From the IMG/VR virus record IMGVR_UViG_3300014050_000031, positions 1 to 53,711 of that record: a stretch of 53,711 nt of DNA, one strand, 5' to 3'. The notes below the pieces were generated by a model that did not search any database, was not told the DNA's origin, and saw only the letters and a list, made by a program, of their open reading frames with translations. Source of the stretch: a virus (taxonomy: Duplodnaviria > Caudoviricetes). Position 1 is the stretch's first letter. Each line of letters opens with the position of its first letter. Both the position numbers and the translations under genes were made by a program. Positions 46,532 through 53,711 of this stretch are shown here, one piece after another.

Positions 46532-46822
46532 ATGCAACACCCATTTTATGCAGACAAACAATACAAGGTTTGGATTAGAATCCGATTCTTTATTGAGGCC
46601 GACAGCCAAGAGGAAGCCAACCAAAAAGCGATTGATGCCCTTAGCGGACCATCGTCAAAACTTTCTGGTAAAAAGGAAGAGTATCTTCACCTTACCCTTG
46701 AGCAATTGTTTCCTGAACCACCATTCCCAAGGCCAACCATTGAGCTGTATACGCACGAAGATGAGTTGATTTACGACAACCTTTTAGACTCAATAAACAT
46801 AACCGACATTCAAAAAACATAA
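46532..46822 (+). CDS. Hypothetical protein
   Basis: 96 aa, contains F.IEA.SQEEA. Confidence 0.65.
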   Translation: MQHPFYADKQYKVWIRIRFFIEADSQEEANQKAIDALSGPSSKLSGKKEEYLHLTLEQLFPEPPFPRPTIELYTHEDELIYDNLLDSINITDIQKT

Positions 46823-46827
46823 GGACA

Positions 46828-47148
46828 ATGAAAGTATACCTATCAAATGGATTTAAGGTTAATGGAGGATTCGTGGTAAAAACAAGAGGACCATCCAAGT
46901 GGGGGTATCCGGTTCTGAATTACTGCTCGATCCATGCTATAACCGACTTACAAGGAACCAAGTTTAACTGTGTCATAATTGAGCCATTTGGCAATGAGTC
47001 AATTGTCACTTGGGGTAATCACTTCGCGTCAATAACGGATGCCGAAAGATATGCTAAGTCTAGAGGCGCTAAAGAAATGTACAGCGTTTCATCAAGAGAA
47101 TGGATTCCGGTTTCATTGTTTAAGAGGATTCTAAAAATGATTCTATAA
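46828..47148 (+). CDS. Hypothetical protein
   Basis: 106-aa ORF coupled to the next gene. Confidence 0.6.
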   Translation: MKVYLSNGFKVNGGFVVKTRGPSKWGYPVLNYCSIHAITDLQGTKFNCVIIEPFGNESIVTWGNHFASITDAERYAKSRGAKEMYSVSSREWIPVSLFKRILKMIL

Positions 47149-47498
47149 TGGCCAAGAAAATAAAGTCACCAAGAGCGAAGGGTAACACCTACGAATTGTC
47201 CATCAAAAACGATCACATTGATTTAGGCTTTAAGGATGTATTTACATCAAGGAATGAATCAAAGAGAATGGACGACGCCGGCGTTGACCTTGTTGGATTG
47301 CCATATCACATCCAATGCAAAGCCGTTGAGAGATTGTCCCCAGGTGTTCATCAAGTAATATCCAATATGCCGAGGGATAAGATTAGAACCGTATTCCACA
47401 AAAGAAACAGACTTGGATCGGTTGTCTGCCTAGAAAAGGATGATTGGTACAAAATATTGACCCACCTTGTTAAAACAAAATTCTTTAAGAATGAATAA
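47148..47498 (+). CDS. PD-(D/E)XK nuclease, Holliday-junction-resolvase-like
   Basis: RAKGNTYE, DDAGVDL, HIQCK and VFHKRNR motifs. Confidence 0.7.
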   Translation: MAKKIKSPRAKGNTYELSIKNDHIDLGFKDVFTSRNESKRMDDAGVDLVGLPYHIQCKAVERLSPGVHQVISNMPRDKIRTVFHKRNRLGSVVCLEKDDWYKILTHLVKTKFFKNE

Positions 47499-47709
47499 AG
47501 ACAACAACACACTTTCAGTTGACGTCCAATGGGATGGACTTCAATTTGATATCGTGATAAAAAAGTCAGAGAGTATGACTATCTACGGAATGCAAAAGTG
47601 TGGCTTTCAAATCTTAGAAGCCAAGGTTAATGGCTCGCCATTATCAATTGAAGACATACCGGATGGTGTAACTGAATTACTTTTAGATCAATTCGTTTCC
47701 GACAATTAA
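47491..47709 (+). CDS. Hypothetical protein
   Basis: ATG at 47491 overlaps the previous stop. Confidence 0.55.
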   Translation: MNKDNNTLSVDVQWDGLQFDIVIKKSESMTIYGMQKCGFQILEAKVNGSPLSIEDIPDGVTELLLDQFVSDN

Positions 47710-47722
47710 ACCAAACAAAATA

Positions 47723-47878
47723 ATGAAGCAACCCAAAGACATAATTGACTCGATTATAGAGGTGGCCTCTAAATCAGGCAAGCCTATTAACGCCGTAAAA
47801 AGATACTTAATGATTAAGTATAAGATGTGCGTTGAAGAATCTGTTTTATTTTCAAGACTTAAAAGAATTAAGAAATGA
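47723..47878 (+). CDS. 51-aa basic protein (not in the ORF track)
   Basis: MKQPKDIIDSIIEVASK...LKRIKK; ATGA overlap with the gene at 47875. Confidence 0.6.
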   Translation: MKQPKDIIDSIIEVASKSGKPINAVKRYLMIKYKMCVEESVLFSRLKRIKK

Positions 47879-48156
47879 ATGATGGCTCAAGAGGTTACCA
47901 CGATAATATGTACAAGTATTTAGTTTCATCAAAAAAGGAGGGATCCATTAGGAGGAGGATGTATGTCAAGGATGGAGTTATGCTTGAATGCGAGAAAGAA
48001 ATCGTCAACCTAATCAAGAATCCTGACGCATTGGAAACAGACGTATGGGATTGTACATTTAGGTACAATGGGCAAGAGGTTAAAAAGCCTTTGAGATTTG
48101 ATGATATGTGTTTGAGATTTTTTAATTTGTCAATAAAGCACAAGAAGAAAGATTAA
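47875..48156 (+). CDS. Hypothetical protein
   Basis: 93-aa ORF with a coupled start. Confidence 0.6.
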   Translation: MNDGSRGYHDNMYKYLVSSKKEGSIRRRMYVKDGVMLECEKEIVNLIKNPDALETDVWDCTFRYNGQEVKKPLRFDDMCLRFFNLSIKHKKKD

Positions 48157-48195
48157 TGATTATATTTGCACAACTAAACCCCAAAATCCAAAAAA

Positions 48196-48471
48196 ATGAA
48201 AGCACAAAAAACATTTGCTGATGGCTTTAAAGTAAGGGCCAAAATCATCAACACGAAGTCTGTCTTCAGCGTGAACATCCAAGCAGACAAGTTCTCTGAG
48301 TTTCTAAAGAAACACAAGAACGAGAAAGGTTATGTGACCATTGACTGCTGGGAACTTGATCAGCCGGACAAGTACGGACACACCCACAATGCCTCACTTA
48401 ATGAATGGACTCCAACCAAAAAGTCGGTTCCATCTCACGAAGAAAGCGCTGATGATGACCTGCCATTCTAA
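48196..48471 (+). CDS. SSB-like protein
   Basis: 91 aa, beta-rich core and acidic C-terminal DDDLPF tail. TATATTTG box at 48161. Confidence 0.6.
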   Translation: MKAQKTFADGFKVRAKIINTKSVFSVNIQADKFSEFLKKHKNEKGYVTIDCWELDQPDKYGHTHNASLNEWTPTKKSVPSHEESADDDLPF

Positions 48472-48492
48472 AGTCGGGATTACTTTTATACT

Positions 48493-48520
48493 AAACGGGG
48501 AGGCATTATCTCCCCGTTTT
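48493..48520 (+). terminator. Intrinsic terminator
   Basis: AAACGGGGAG-GCATTAT-CTCCCCGTTTT. Confidence 0.7.
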
Positions 48521-48555
48521 AATTTAAGGGGAAATTTAACCAAACAACCAAATAG

Positions 48556-50286
48556 ATGAAATACGGATCAGTTTGCTCAGGCATTGAAGCGGCCTCGGTC
48601 GCTTGGCACAACCTCGGGTGGGAGCCGCAATGGTTCTCAGAGATTGAACAATTCCCTTCGGATGTGCTGAAACACCGGTTCCCAACGGTTCCTAACTTGG
48701 GAGATATGACAACCATTAACCAAAACCCAATCGCAGATGAACGACCAATTGACCTTCTCGTGGGGGGAACTCCCTGCCAATCCTTCTCCGTCGCAGGACT
48801 TCGCAAAGGTCTTGCTGACCCACGAGGGAACCTCATGCTTACCTTTCTTTCAATCGCTGATAAACTCCGTCCCAAGTGGATCGTCTGGGAAAATGTCCCC
48901 GGTGTATTGTCGTCCAACGGAGGAAAAGATTTTGGCACCTTCCTCGGGGCGTTGGGCGAACTCGGGTATGGGTTCGCATACAGAGTTCTTGACGCTCAAC
49001 ACTTCGGAGTCGCCCAAAGACGCAGAAGGGTGTTTGTTGTCGGATGGCTTGGAGACTGGAGAGCTGCCGCAGCGGTTCTATTTGAGCGAGAAAGCCTGCA
49101 AGGGAATCCTAAACCGAGCAGAAAAAAGAGGGAAGAAGTTACCACCGATGCTCAAGGAAGCGTTGGAGAGGCAAGTAGTTGGTGGGATGGAAGCCAAGTC
49201 GCAGGAACCTTAACCAAGCAGAATGCGAATGGCGCACAACGGATGCCGGACAAGGATAATTTTGGAGCCATACTTCAGCCAACCATCATTGACCGAGTTG
49301 CCCAACCGATACCAGTACTTGCCGGGCAACACCCAAATAAGGAAGTCGGCATTGATGTATGCCCGACACTACCAGCAGCAATGGGAATGGGTGGAGGTCA
49401 CACTCCATTAGTCCCTCATCCCGTTGCCCAACCGATAGCATTTCAGTCGGTGGATTATGGAGGAGATGCAACGGTGGAAAAAAGTCCTACATTGAGGGCG
49501 CACGACCCAATGGCAGTTGCCCAACCGATAGGAATAAATGGAAATATAGCAGGAACTATTGACGCAAATTATTTCAAGGGATGTGGCTCTGCTAATTTTG
49601 GGGAAAGAGATGTTGTTGCCCAACCGATAGCCTTTGAACCAGGTAAGATGCAAAGGCTTGGGTATGGGTGTTCGGATAATGGCACATCCCCAACATTAAG
49701 GTCAGAGCCTGGCGATAATCAATTAGCCGTTGCCCAACCGATAGCCGTGGACACCTACAATTACACCACCAACGACCACACCACGCAAACCATTCGCTCA
49801 CAATCAGACACCGAGCATATTGGAGCCGTGTTGCAACCCATTGCCGTGGATGTTTACAATCAATCCATTGATGGGCAAACAAGTGCGACAATCACCGAAG
49901 CGGTTGGAGGAACAAATACTTCGGGGCCAAAAGTTATGCAACCGATACCAATTAATACAATGACAATGCTTGGAAGGCCGTCTGATGATAAAAATCCACG
50001 TATGGGACTTGGAATTGGAAATCCGGGAGAGCCACAAAACACGCTTACAAAAACGCACAGTCACGCAGTTGCTACCGGTATGGCCATCCGAAGGCTGACC
50101 CCCAAGGAATGCGAACGCTTGCAGGGATTCCCGGATGATTGGACAAAGATTCCATACCGAAACAAGGAAGCCGACCAATGCCCCGATGGGCCAAGGTACA
50201 AGGCTTGCGGTAACTCAATGGCAGTACCGGTGATGCGGTGGATTGGTCAGCGCATTCAACTAATAGAAAAAATGATGAACAAATAA
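48556..50286 (+). CDS. DNA (cytosine-5) methyltransferase with expanded modular variable region
   Basis: Motifs I (VCSGIEA), IV (GGTPCQSFS), VI (ENVPG), VIII (QRRRRVF), IX (RRLTPKECERLQGFP) and X (GNSMAVPV). Confidence 0.95.
   Translation: MKYGSVCSGIEAASVAWHNLGWEPQWFSEIEQFPSDVLKHRFPTVPNLGDMTTINQNPIADERPIDLLVGGTPCQSFSVAGLRKGLADPRGNLMLTFLSIADKLRPKWIVWENVPGVLSSNGGKDFGTFLGALGELGYGFAYRVLDAQHFGVAQRRRRVFVVGWLGDWRAAAAVLFERESLQGNPKPSRKKREEVTTDAQGSVGEASSWWDGSQVAGTLTKQNANGAQRMPDKDNFGAILQPTIIDRVAQPIPVLAGQHPNKEVGIDVCPTLPAAMGMGGGHTPLVPHPVAQPIAFQSVDYGGDATVEKSPTLRAHDPMAVAQPIGINGNIAGTIDANYFKGCGSANFGERDVVAQPIAFEPGKMQRLGYGCSDNGTSPTLRSEPGDNQLAVAQPIAVDTYNYTTNDHTTQTIRSQSDTEHIGAVLQPIAVDVYNQSIDGQTSATITEAVGGTNTSGPKVMQPIPINTMTMLGRPSDDKNPRMGLGIGNPGEPQNTLTKTHSHAVATGMAIRRLTPKECERLQGFPDDWTKIPYRNKEADQCPDGPRYKACGNSMAVPVMRWIGQRIQLIEKMMNK
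48737..49213 (+). CDS. Alternate-frame ORF nested in the methyltransferase (M.EcoHK31I beta-like)
   Basis: 158 aa in the +1 frame, containing LSDGLETGELPQRFYLSEKACKGILNRAEKRGKKLP..LKEAL. Confidence 0.6.
   Translation: MNDQLTFSWGELPANPSPSQDFAKVLLTHEGTSCLPFFQSLINSVPSGSSGKMSPVYCRPTEEKILAPSSGRWANSGMGSHTEFLTLNTSESPKDAEGCLLSDGLETGELPQRFYLSEKACKGILNRAEKRGKKLPPMLKEALERQVVGGMEAKSQEP
49297..49743 (+). repeat. GTTGCCCAACCGATA x5 (VAQPI linker)
   Basis: Exact 15-mers at 49297, 49423, 49516, 49615 and 49729. Periods 126, 93, 99 and 114 are all in frame. Confidence 0.92.
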
Positions 50287-50291
50287 GTAAT

Positions 50292-50726
50292 ATGCCACGA
50301 TACGAAGAACTTATAGACAAAGTAAAGAAAGCCGTATGCGAAGAGTACGGATGCGATTCCGAAGTAATGAGTGCTAAGTCCGGAAGGAAGAGGTGCAATG
50401 TAGAACCCAGGCACATGGCAATGCATCTATGCCGGAAACATTTGGCAATTAGCTACAAGAAGATAGCCGAGGAGTTTGGCTTATCGGATCACGTTTCCGC
50501 TATGCATGCCCATGATACCATTTCGAGTTTAAGCGAAGTCAATAATAGAATATCCAAGACGATTATCAAGATAGAGTCTGCTCTGCTTCCAGGGCTTTCC
50601 TCCCACAAGCGCGTTGTGTACTACACCTTCTTTGATGGTAGAGTCTGCCATGGTCTTTACAAGGACGAGCAGTCCGTTGTCGATCAGCCAATCGGTCGTA
50701 CAATCCCCATCATCGTGCATCGCTAG
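50292..50726 (+). CDS. DnaA C-terminal (domain IV)-like HTH protein
   Basis: PRHMAMHLCRKH..SYKKIAEEFG.SDHVSAMHA. No AAA+ domain. Confidence 0.8.
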   Translation: MPRYEELIDKVKKAVCEEYGCDSEVMSAKSGRKRCNVEPRHMAMHLCRKHLAISYKKIAEEFGLSDHVSAMHAHDTISSLSEVNNRISKTIIKIESALLPGLSSHKRVVYYTFFDGRVCHGLYKDEQSVVDQPIGRTIPIIVHR

Positions 50727-50773
50727 TGCAACCCTCAATTCGTTGATTTTGTTAACCAATCAGACAACATCCT

Positions 50774-51346
50774 ATGCAAAAAGTAATCATCATAAAGAAG
50801 GGCCATAACTGGCCGTTGAATGACCCCATGATCCCTACAATGGGGACCATATGGAAGCGTTCCTTTGTTTTCACGCAAAGTTGCTTGTACCCCACTGAGG
50901 GGTACATCTATGGAATCAACAAGCTTTGGGGGATATCCGGTATGCCGTACCACAAACGGAACTCTGTCCGCGTCTGTTGGCTACCGACGGAGGATGGCAA
51001 GTCCATCCAGCTCTACGCCACTTCGTATGTGAATGGCGTTCGGGAGATAAGAAAGTCCACTATCGTAAAGCCGGGGGATGTGGTTGATTGTTTGATTTCA
51101 AACCAAGGTAACAACGCTTCGGTTTGCATAAACGGCATTTGTACCACGTTTAAGGTCCGGATTCCCTTTGTGACCTACATGCTGAAGGTTTACTTTGGAG
51201 GCATTCCTGCTTCCCCTCAGGACATCTATATCTTACGGGTTTCCAAGCCCCAACGGACTTTCTCTTTCAAAGACCTCTTGACCCGTGTCAAGGCTTTCCT
51301 TGGTGTTGGCAACCCTTCCATGGAGGAGTTGTTGAGAACCACATAG
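50774..51346 (+). CDS. Hypothetical protein, possibly beta-sandwich
   Basis: INKLWG..HKRNSVRVCW..YFGG motifs. The 3' end overlaps a convergent ORF. Confidence 0.65.
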   Translation: MQKVIIIKKGHNWPLNDPMIPTMGTIWKRSFVFTQSCLYPTEGYIYGINKLWGISGMPYHKRNSVRVCWLPTEDGKSIQLYATSYVNGVREIRKSTIVKPGDVVDCLISNQGNNASVCINGICTTFKVRIPFVTYMLKVYFGGIPASPQDIYILRVSKPQRTFSFKDLLTRVKAFLGVGNPSMEELLRTT

Positions 51347-51516
51347 AGCCTACCATCGTGCTTGACATAGTCAATCCGATCGGTCGATATGAGCCTTCTG
51401 ACTTGGTTGTAGTTCATAATGGCTGCAAATTGGTCCTTGTAGATGGTTATGTAGTCTTTTATGGACACCAACGGGTAGGATGCCTTTTGGCATAGTTCAA
51501 GGCTCAATCTTGCCAT
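51226..51516 (-). CDS. Hypothetical basic protein, possibly excisionase-like HTH
   Basis: YNQVRRLISTDRIDYVKHDGRLYVV. Overlaps the stop of the upstream minus-strand gene. Confidence 0.5.
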   Translation of the reverse strand: MARLSLELCQKASYPLVSIKDYITIYKDQFAAIMNYNQVRRLISTDRIDYVKHDGRLYVVLNNSSMEGLPTPRKALTRVKRSLKEKVRWGLETRKI

Positions 51517-51748
51517 CCATTTCCATGATTACACGCTTGAGGTATACTGACAGGTCCAAAGCTTCTTCAAGGGCATGCTGTAGCCATTCCCGGACCGATA
51601 GGTCGGTCCGTGTCATGGTTTTGCCGTACTTCTTGAATCCAACTTGGCTCCTCTTCCTGATCTCTTCAATCACGGATTCTTCCACAGAAAAATCCGGATT
51701 TAGGCTATAAACGACATTTGCCTTCCCATAAGTAGTATCTTGTTCCAT
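51497..51748 (-). CDS. Small phage protein, possibly MazG-like/all-alpha pyrophosphatase fold
   Basis: RSQVGFKKYGKTMTRTDL...WLQHALEEALDLSVYL. ATG at 51748. Confidence 0.7.
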   Translation of the reverse strand: MEQDTTYGKANVVYSLNPDFSVEESVIEEIRKRSQVGFKKYGKTMTRTDLSVREWLQHALEEALDLSVYLKRVIMEMDGKIEP

Positions 51749-51768
51749 AAACCAATTAACTCCCCTAG

Positions 51769-51999
51769 ATGCGAATAGTTCACATGATCCCCCTTGATGA
51801 CATAAGCGAAAACCACTCAATTTGCAAATGTTCGTGCTCTCCACTTATTAAAACCGACTTCGTAGACGGACAGATGGAGACAAAAGTTATTCACAAATAC
51901 AAGGACGGAAAACCATACATAAAGTCCGTTTGTGCGGATGTTGGGGTAAAAACACCCAATTTTAGGTATGCCAATATTGTGTATAAAAAGATTTTTTAA
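51769..51999 (+). CDS. Hypothetical small Cys/His protein
   Basis: HMIPLDD..H..CKCSC.P...VIH motif. Confidence 0.55.
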   Translation: MRIVHMIPLDDISENHSICKCSCSPLIKTDFVDGQMETKVIHKYKDGKPYIKSVCADVGVKTPNFRYANIVYKKIF

Positions 52000-52281
52000 A
52001 CCTTACTCGGGAAATATGGTGTACAAAAACGAAAAACACGGTTATAGATTTGCAGAAAATATAGGAGAGTTCAGTTCTGCTGTGTCTGATTGCCAAAAAC
52101 AGCCAAACTTGCACCACCCCAGTGCTTGGATCGGGCAAATTAGGTCCCTCAGCAAACGCCTTCGGAACCCCTTTATTGGTTTCGTGATCCGCCTCCGGAG
52201 ATACGTGGTTGATGGCATTCAATTTAAAATTCTAAACCAATAAGGGGGCGGATTCAACTTGATGATAACTATATTTGCAAC

Positions 52282-52602
52282 ATGGAAAAGATAGAAAACA
52301 ACGTTATGTTCAACACTCCTGGTACGAGTCCCATGTACGAGATGCTGTTGTTTATTCACCATTGGGGCGAGGATTTCCCGACGAAGAACATGAGGGATTC
52401 ATTCGTTAAGAAGGCTCAGATCTTGTTGATGAGAGAGTCTAGGGCCATTCATGCCGCCTTTGAGGCCGGCATGAAGGCTTCAGTTCCTAATCCGGAATAC
52501 TACAAAGAGTCGTTCAAGTCAAATAGAATGTCAATTCTTGACATAGAAGAAGAGAAAGAGTATAGGGATGAACTGTTCATTGGTCTAAATCCGGAGGAAT
52601 AA
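52282..52602 (+). CDS. Hypothetical protein
   Basis: 106 aa. TATATTTG box at 52270 just upstream. Confidence 0.65.
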   Translation: MEKIENNVMFNTPGTSPMYEMLLFIHHWGEDFPTKNMRDSFVKKAQILLMRESRAIHAAFEAGMKASVPNPEYYKESFKSNRMSILDIEEEKEYRDELFIGLNPEE

Positions 52603-52676
52603 TTTTTTTTTAAAAAGCATACAATGTTGGTTGTCAATGCTTTATATTTACACATTCATTAACTAAACCAAAAAAA

Positions 52677-52967
52677 ATGACACACACAAGAGAACAAATC
52701 AATCAACTGAAGAATTGGAATGTTGAAATCATATTCTTTAACCGTGGATGTGTGGTAAAGGTAGGATGCAAGTCATTTGCATTTGAAAGCATTGAACAGG
52801 CAATGGCAGAAATTGTGGCATACACCAAAGACCCGATTGGAGTTGGCAAGAAGTATGCGCCAGAGGAGTTTGTTGAACCCCAAGAAGCATGCGTTCCCGA
52901 ATCAGCACCAACCCCTCCAAGATGGCCCATGGAGCCACCTATTGGAGCCACCTATTGCTGTCCATAG
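52677..52967 (+). CDS. Hypothetical protein
   Basis: 96 aa, contains FFNRGCVVKVGCKSFAFES. A-rich leader. Confidence 0.7.
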   Translation: MTHTREQINQLKNWNVEIIFFNRGCVVKVGCKSFAFESIEQAMAEIVAYTKDPIGVGKKYAPEEFVEPQEACVPESAPTPPRWPMEPPIGATYCCP

Positions 52968-52983
52968 ATAAGGAAAAGAGAAC

Positions 52984-53119
52984 AGTCAGGTGGTGTAATT
53001 GGTAACGCTATAAGTGAGGCCATTGGTAACGCTACGGTGTCGTCTGTATAGAAAAAATGACCTATAAAAGAATACAGGAGGTCCCACCAAATTTACAGGT
53101 TCGAGTCCTGTCCTGACTA
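52984..53119 (+). ncRNA. tRNA-like element (136 nt) without a canonical anticodon arm
   Basis: Acceptor stem AGTCAGG/CCTGACT, D arm GTGT-AATTGGTA-ACGC and T arm ACAGG-TTCGAGT-CCTGT, with about 85 nt between the arms. Confidence 0.7.
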
Positions 53120-53147
53120 CAAATCAAATCAACTAAAAACAAAACAA

Positions 53148-53354
53148 ATGAAAAACAAAGTTTTGCACCAAACAGTTATTACAACTGAATCACAAAACGT
53201 AAGCATTTATCCAACAGAAGATTTTGACGGCATCATAGTTGAAACAAAAGAGTTGGATGATAAAACATCAAATGGTATGTTGTATCTTAACAAAGATGAA
53301 ATGGAACTGTTGATTCAGAAAATGGTGGAAATGATGAATTATGTAAAAAGTTAA
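53148..53354 (+). CDS. Hypothetical protein bracketed by tRNA 3'-end repeats
   Basis: 68-aa ORF with an A-rich leader. Confidence 0.7.
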   Translation: MKNKVLHQTVITTESQNVSIYPTEDFDGIIVETKELDDKTSNGMLYLNKDEMELLIQKMVEMMNYVKS

Positions 53355-53374
53355 TCGAATCCTGTCCTGACTAC
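53355..53374 (+). repeat. Duplicate of the tRNA-like 3' end
   Basis: TCGAATCCTGTCCTGACTAC versus TCGAGTCCTGTCCTGACTAC at 53101-53120 (19/20). Confidence 0.85.
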
Positions 53375-53483
53375 TAAAAAAATAAAGCGGAAGATATGCT
53401 AATTGTACTTATAGTATTCGCAATGTATTTGTTTATGATGTGGATGATAAACAAACAAATTAAAAATCAATAATCTGGACACT

Positions 53484-53702
53484 ATGAACGAATTCAAACA
53501 ATACCGAAGAAAGCAAATTGCGGAGCTTCGGCTTTTTCAGGAAGGCGAACAATTACCCGAAAGCGTATCAATATCGCAAGCCGATAGGGATAATGGAAGC
53601 CCCAAGGTTGGGGACATGATTGCCCGAAACCCCAAGAACCATGACGACCAATGGCTCGTCGCAAAGCAGTACTTTGAAGACAATTTTGAGCCATGCGAAT
53701 GA
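53484..53702 (+). CDS. Small hypothetical phage protein
   Basis: YRRKQIAELR..GSPKVGDMIARNPKNHDDQWLV..YFEDNFE motif. Confidence 0.8.
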   Translation: MNEFKQYRRKQIAELRLFQEGEQLPESVSISQADRDNGSPKVGDMIARNPKNHDDQWLVAKQYFEDNFEPCE

Positions 53703-53711
53703 TGTTTCTCT

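Noticed and set aside
49297-49743. CRISPR-like repeat-spacer array
   Set aside because: 15-bp repeats with 78-111 bp in-frame spacers inside an intact CDS; these are protein modules.
51962-52243. ORFs on both strands (51968-52243 +, 51962-52222 -)
   Set aside because: Neither has recognisable motifs or a convincing start, so I could not choose between them.
1-53711. Stop-codon reassignment as in some crAss-like phages
   Set aside because: Long genes are intact and densely packed under the standard code, and TAA, TAG and TGA all end plausible genes.

Overview
The whole window is phage DNA, most likely a Bacteroidota-infecting podovirus with a crAss-like virion module. No host genes, integrase, CRISPR array or RNA polymerase were seen. 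1-5.3 kb (+): fibre/LamG-like protein, holin-like gene, GH19 endolysin, several small basic proteins, an HExxH protein and a spanin-like gene. 5.3-35.3 kb (-), read right to left: RepL-like HTH gene, two putative fibre/structural genes, putative TerS, TerL, portal, scaffold-like protein, major capsid protein, collagen-repeat protein, two tail ring proteins, a 1605-aa muzzle/stabilisation protein and four probable ejection proteins up to 3001 aa. 35.3-37.0 kb: AT-rich non-coding region, probably the genome ends or first-injected DNA. 37-53.7 kb (mostly +): early/middle region of about 40 small genes with Bacteroidota sigma-A promoters (TTTG-N19-TAnnTTTG). It includes RadC/JAB, DUF1281-like, resolvase-like, SSB-like, C5 methyltransferase and DnaA-C-terminal-like genes, plus a tRNA-like element. 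The strongest unexplained signals are: (1) about 60 TGTTAY/RTAACA sites packed into 2.4 kb and written into the first early gene; (2) six co-oriented copies of a 19-22 bp near-palindrome around the early promoters; (3) a methyltransferase with eight repeat-delimited TRD-like modules and a nested alternate-frame gene; (4) single genes bracketed by direct repeats, suggesting cassette-style gene exchange; (5) an rrn-type boxA in the early leader. All family calls come from motif recognition by eye, without database searches, and all counts are manual.
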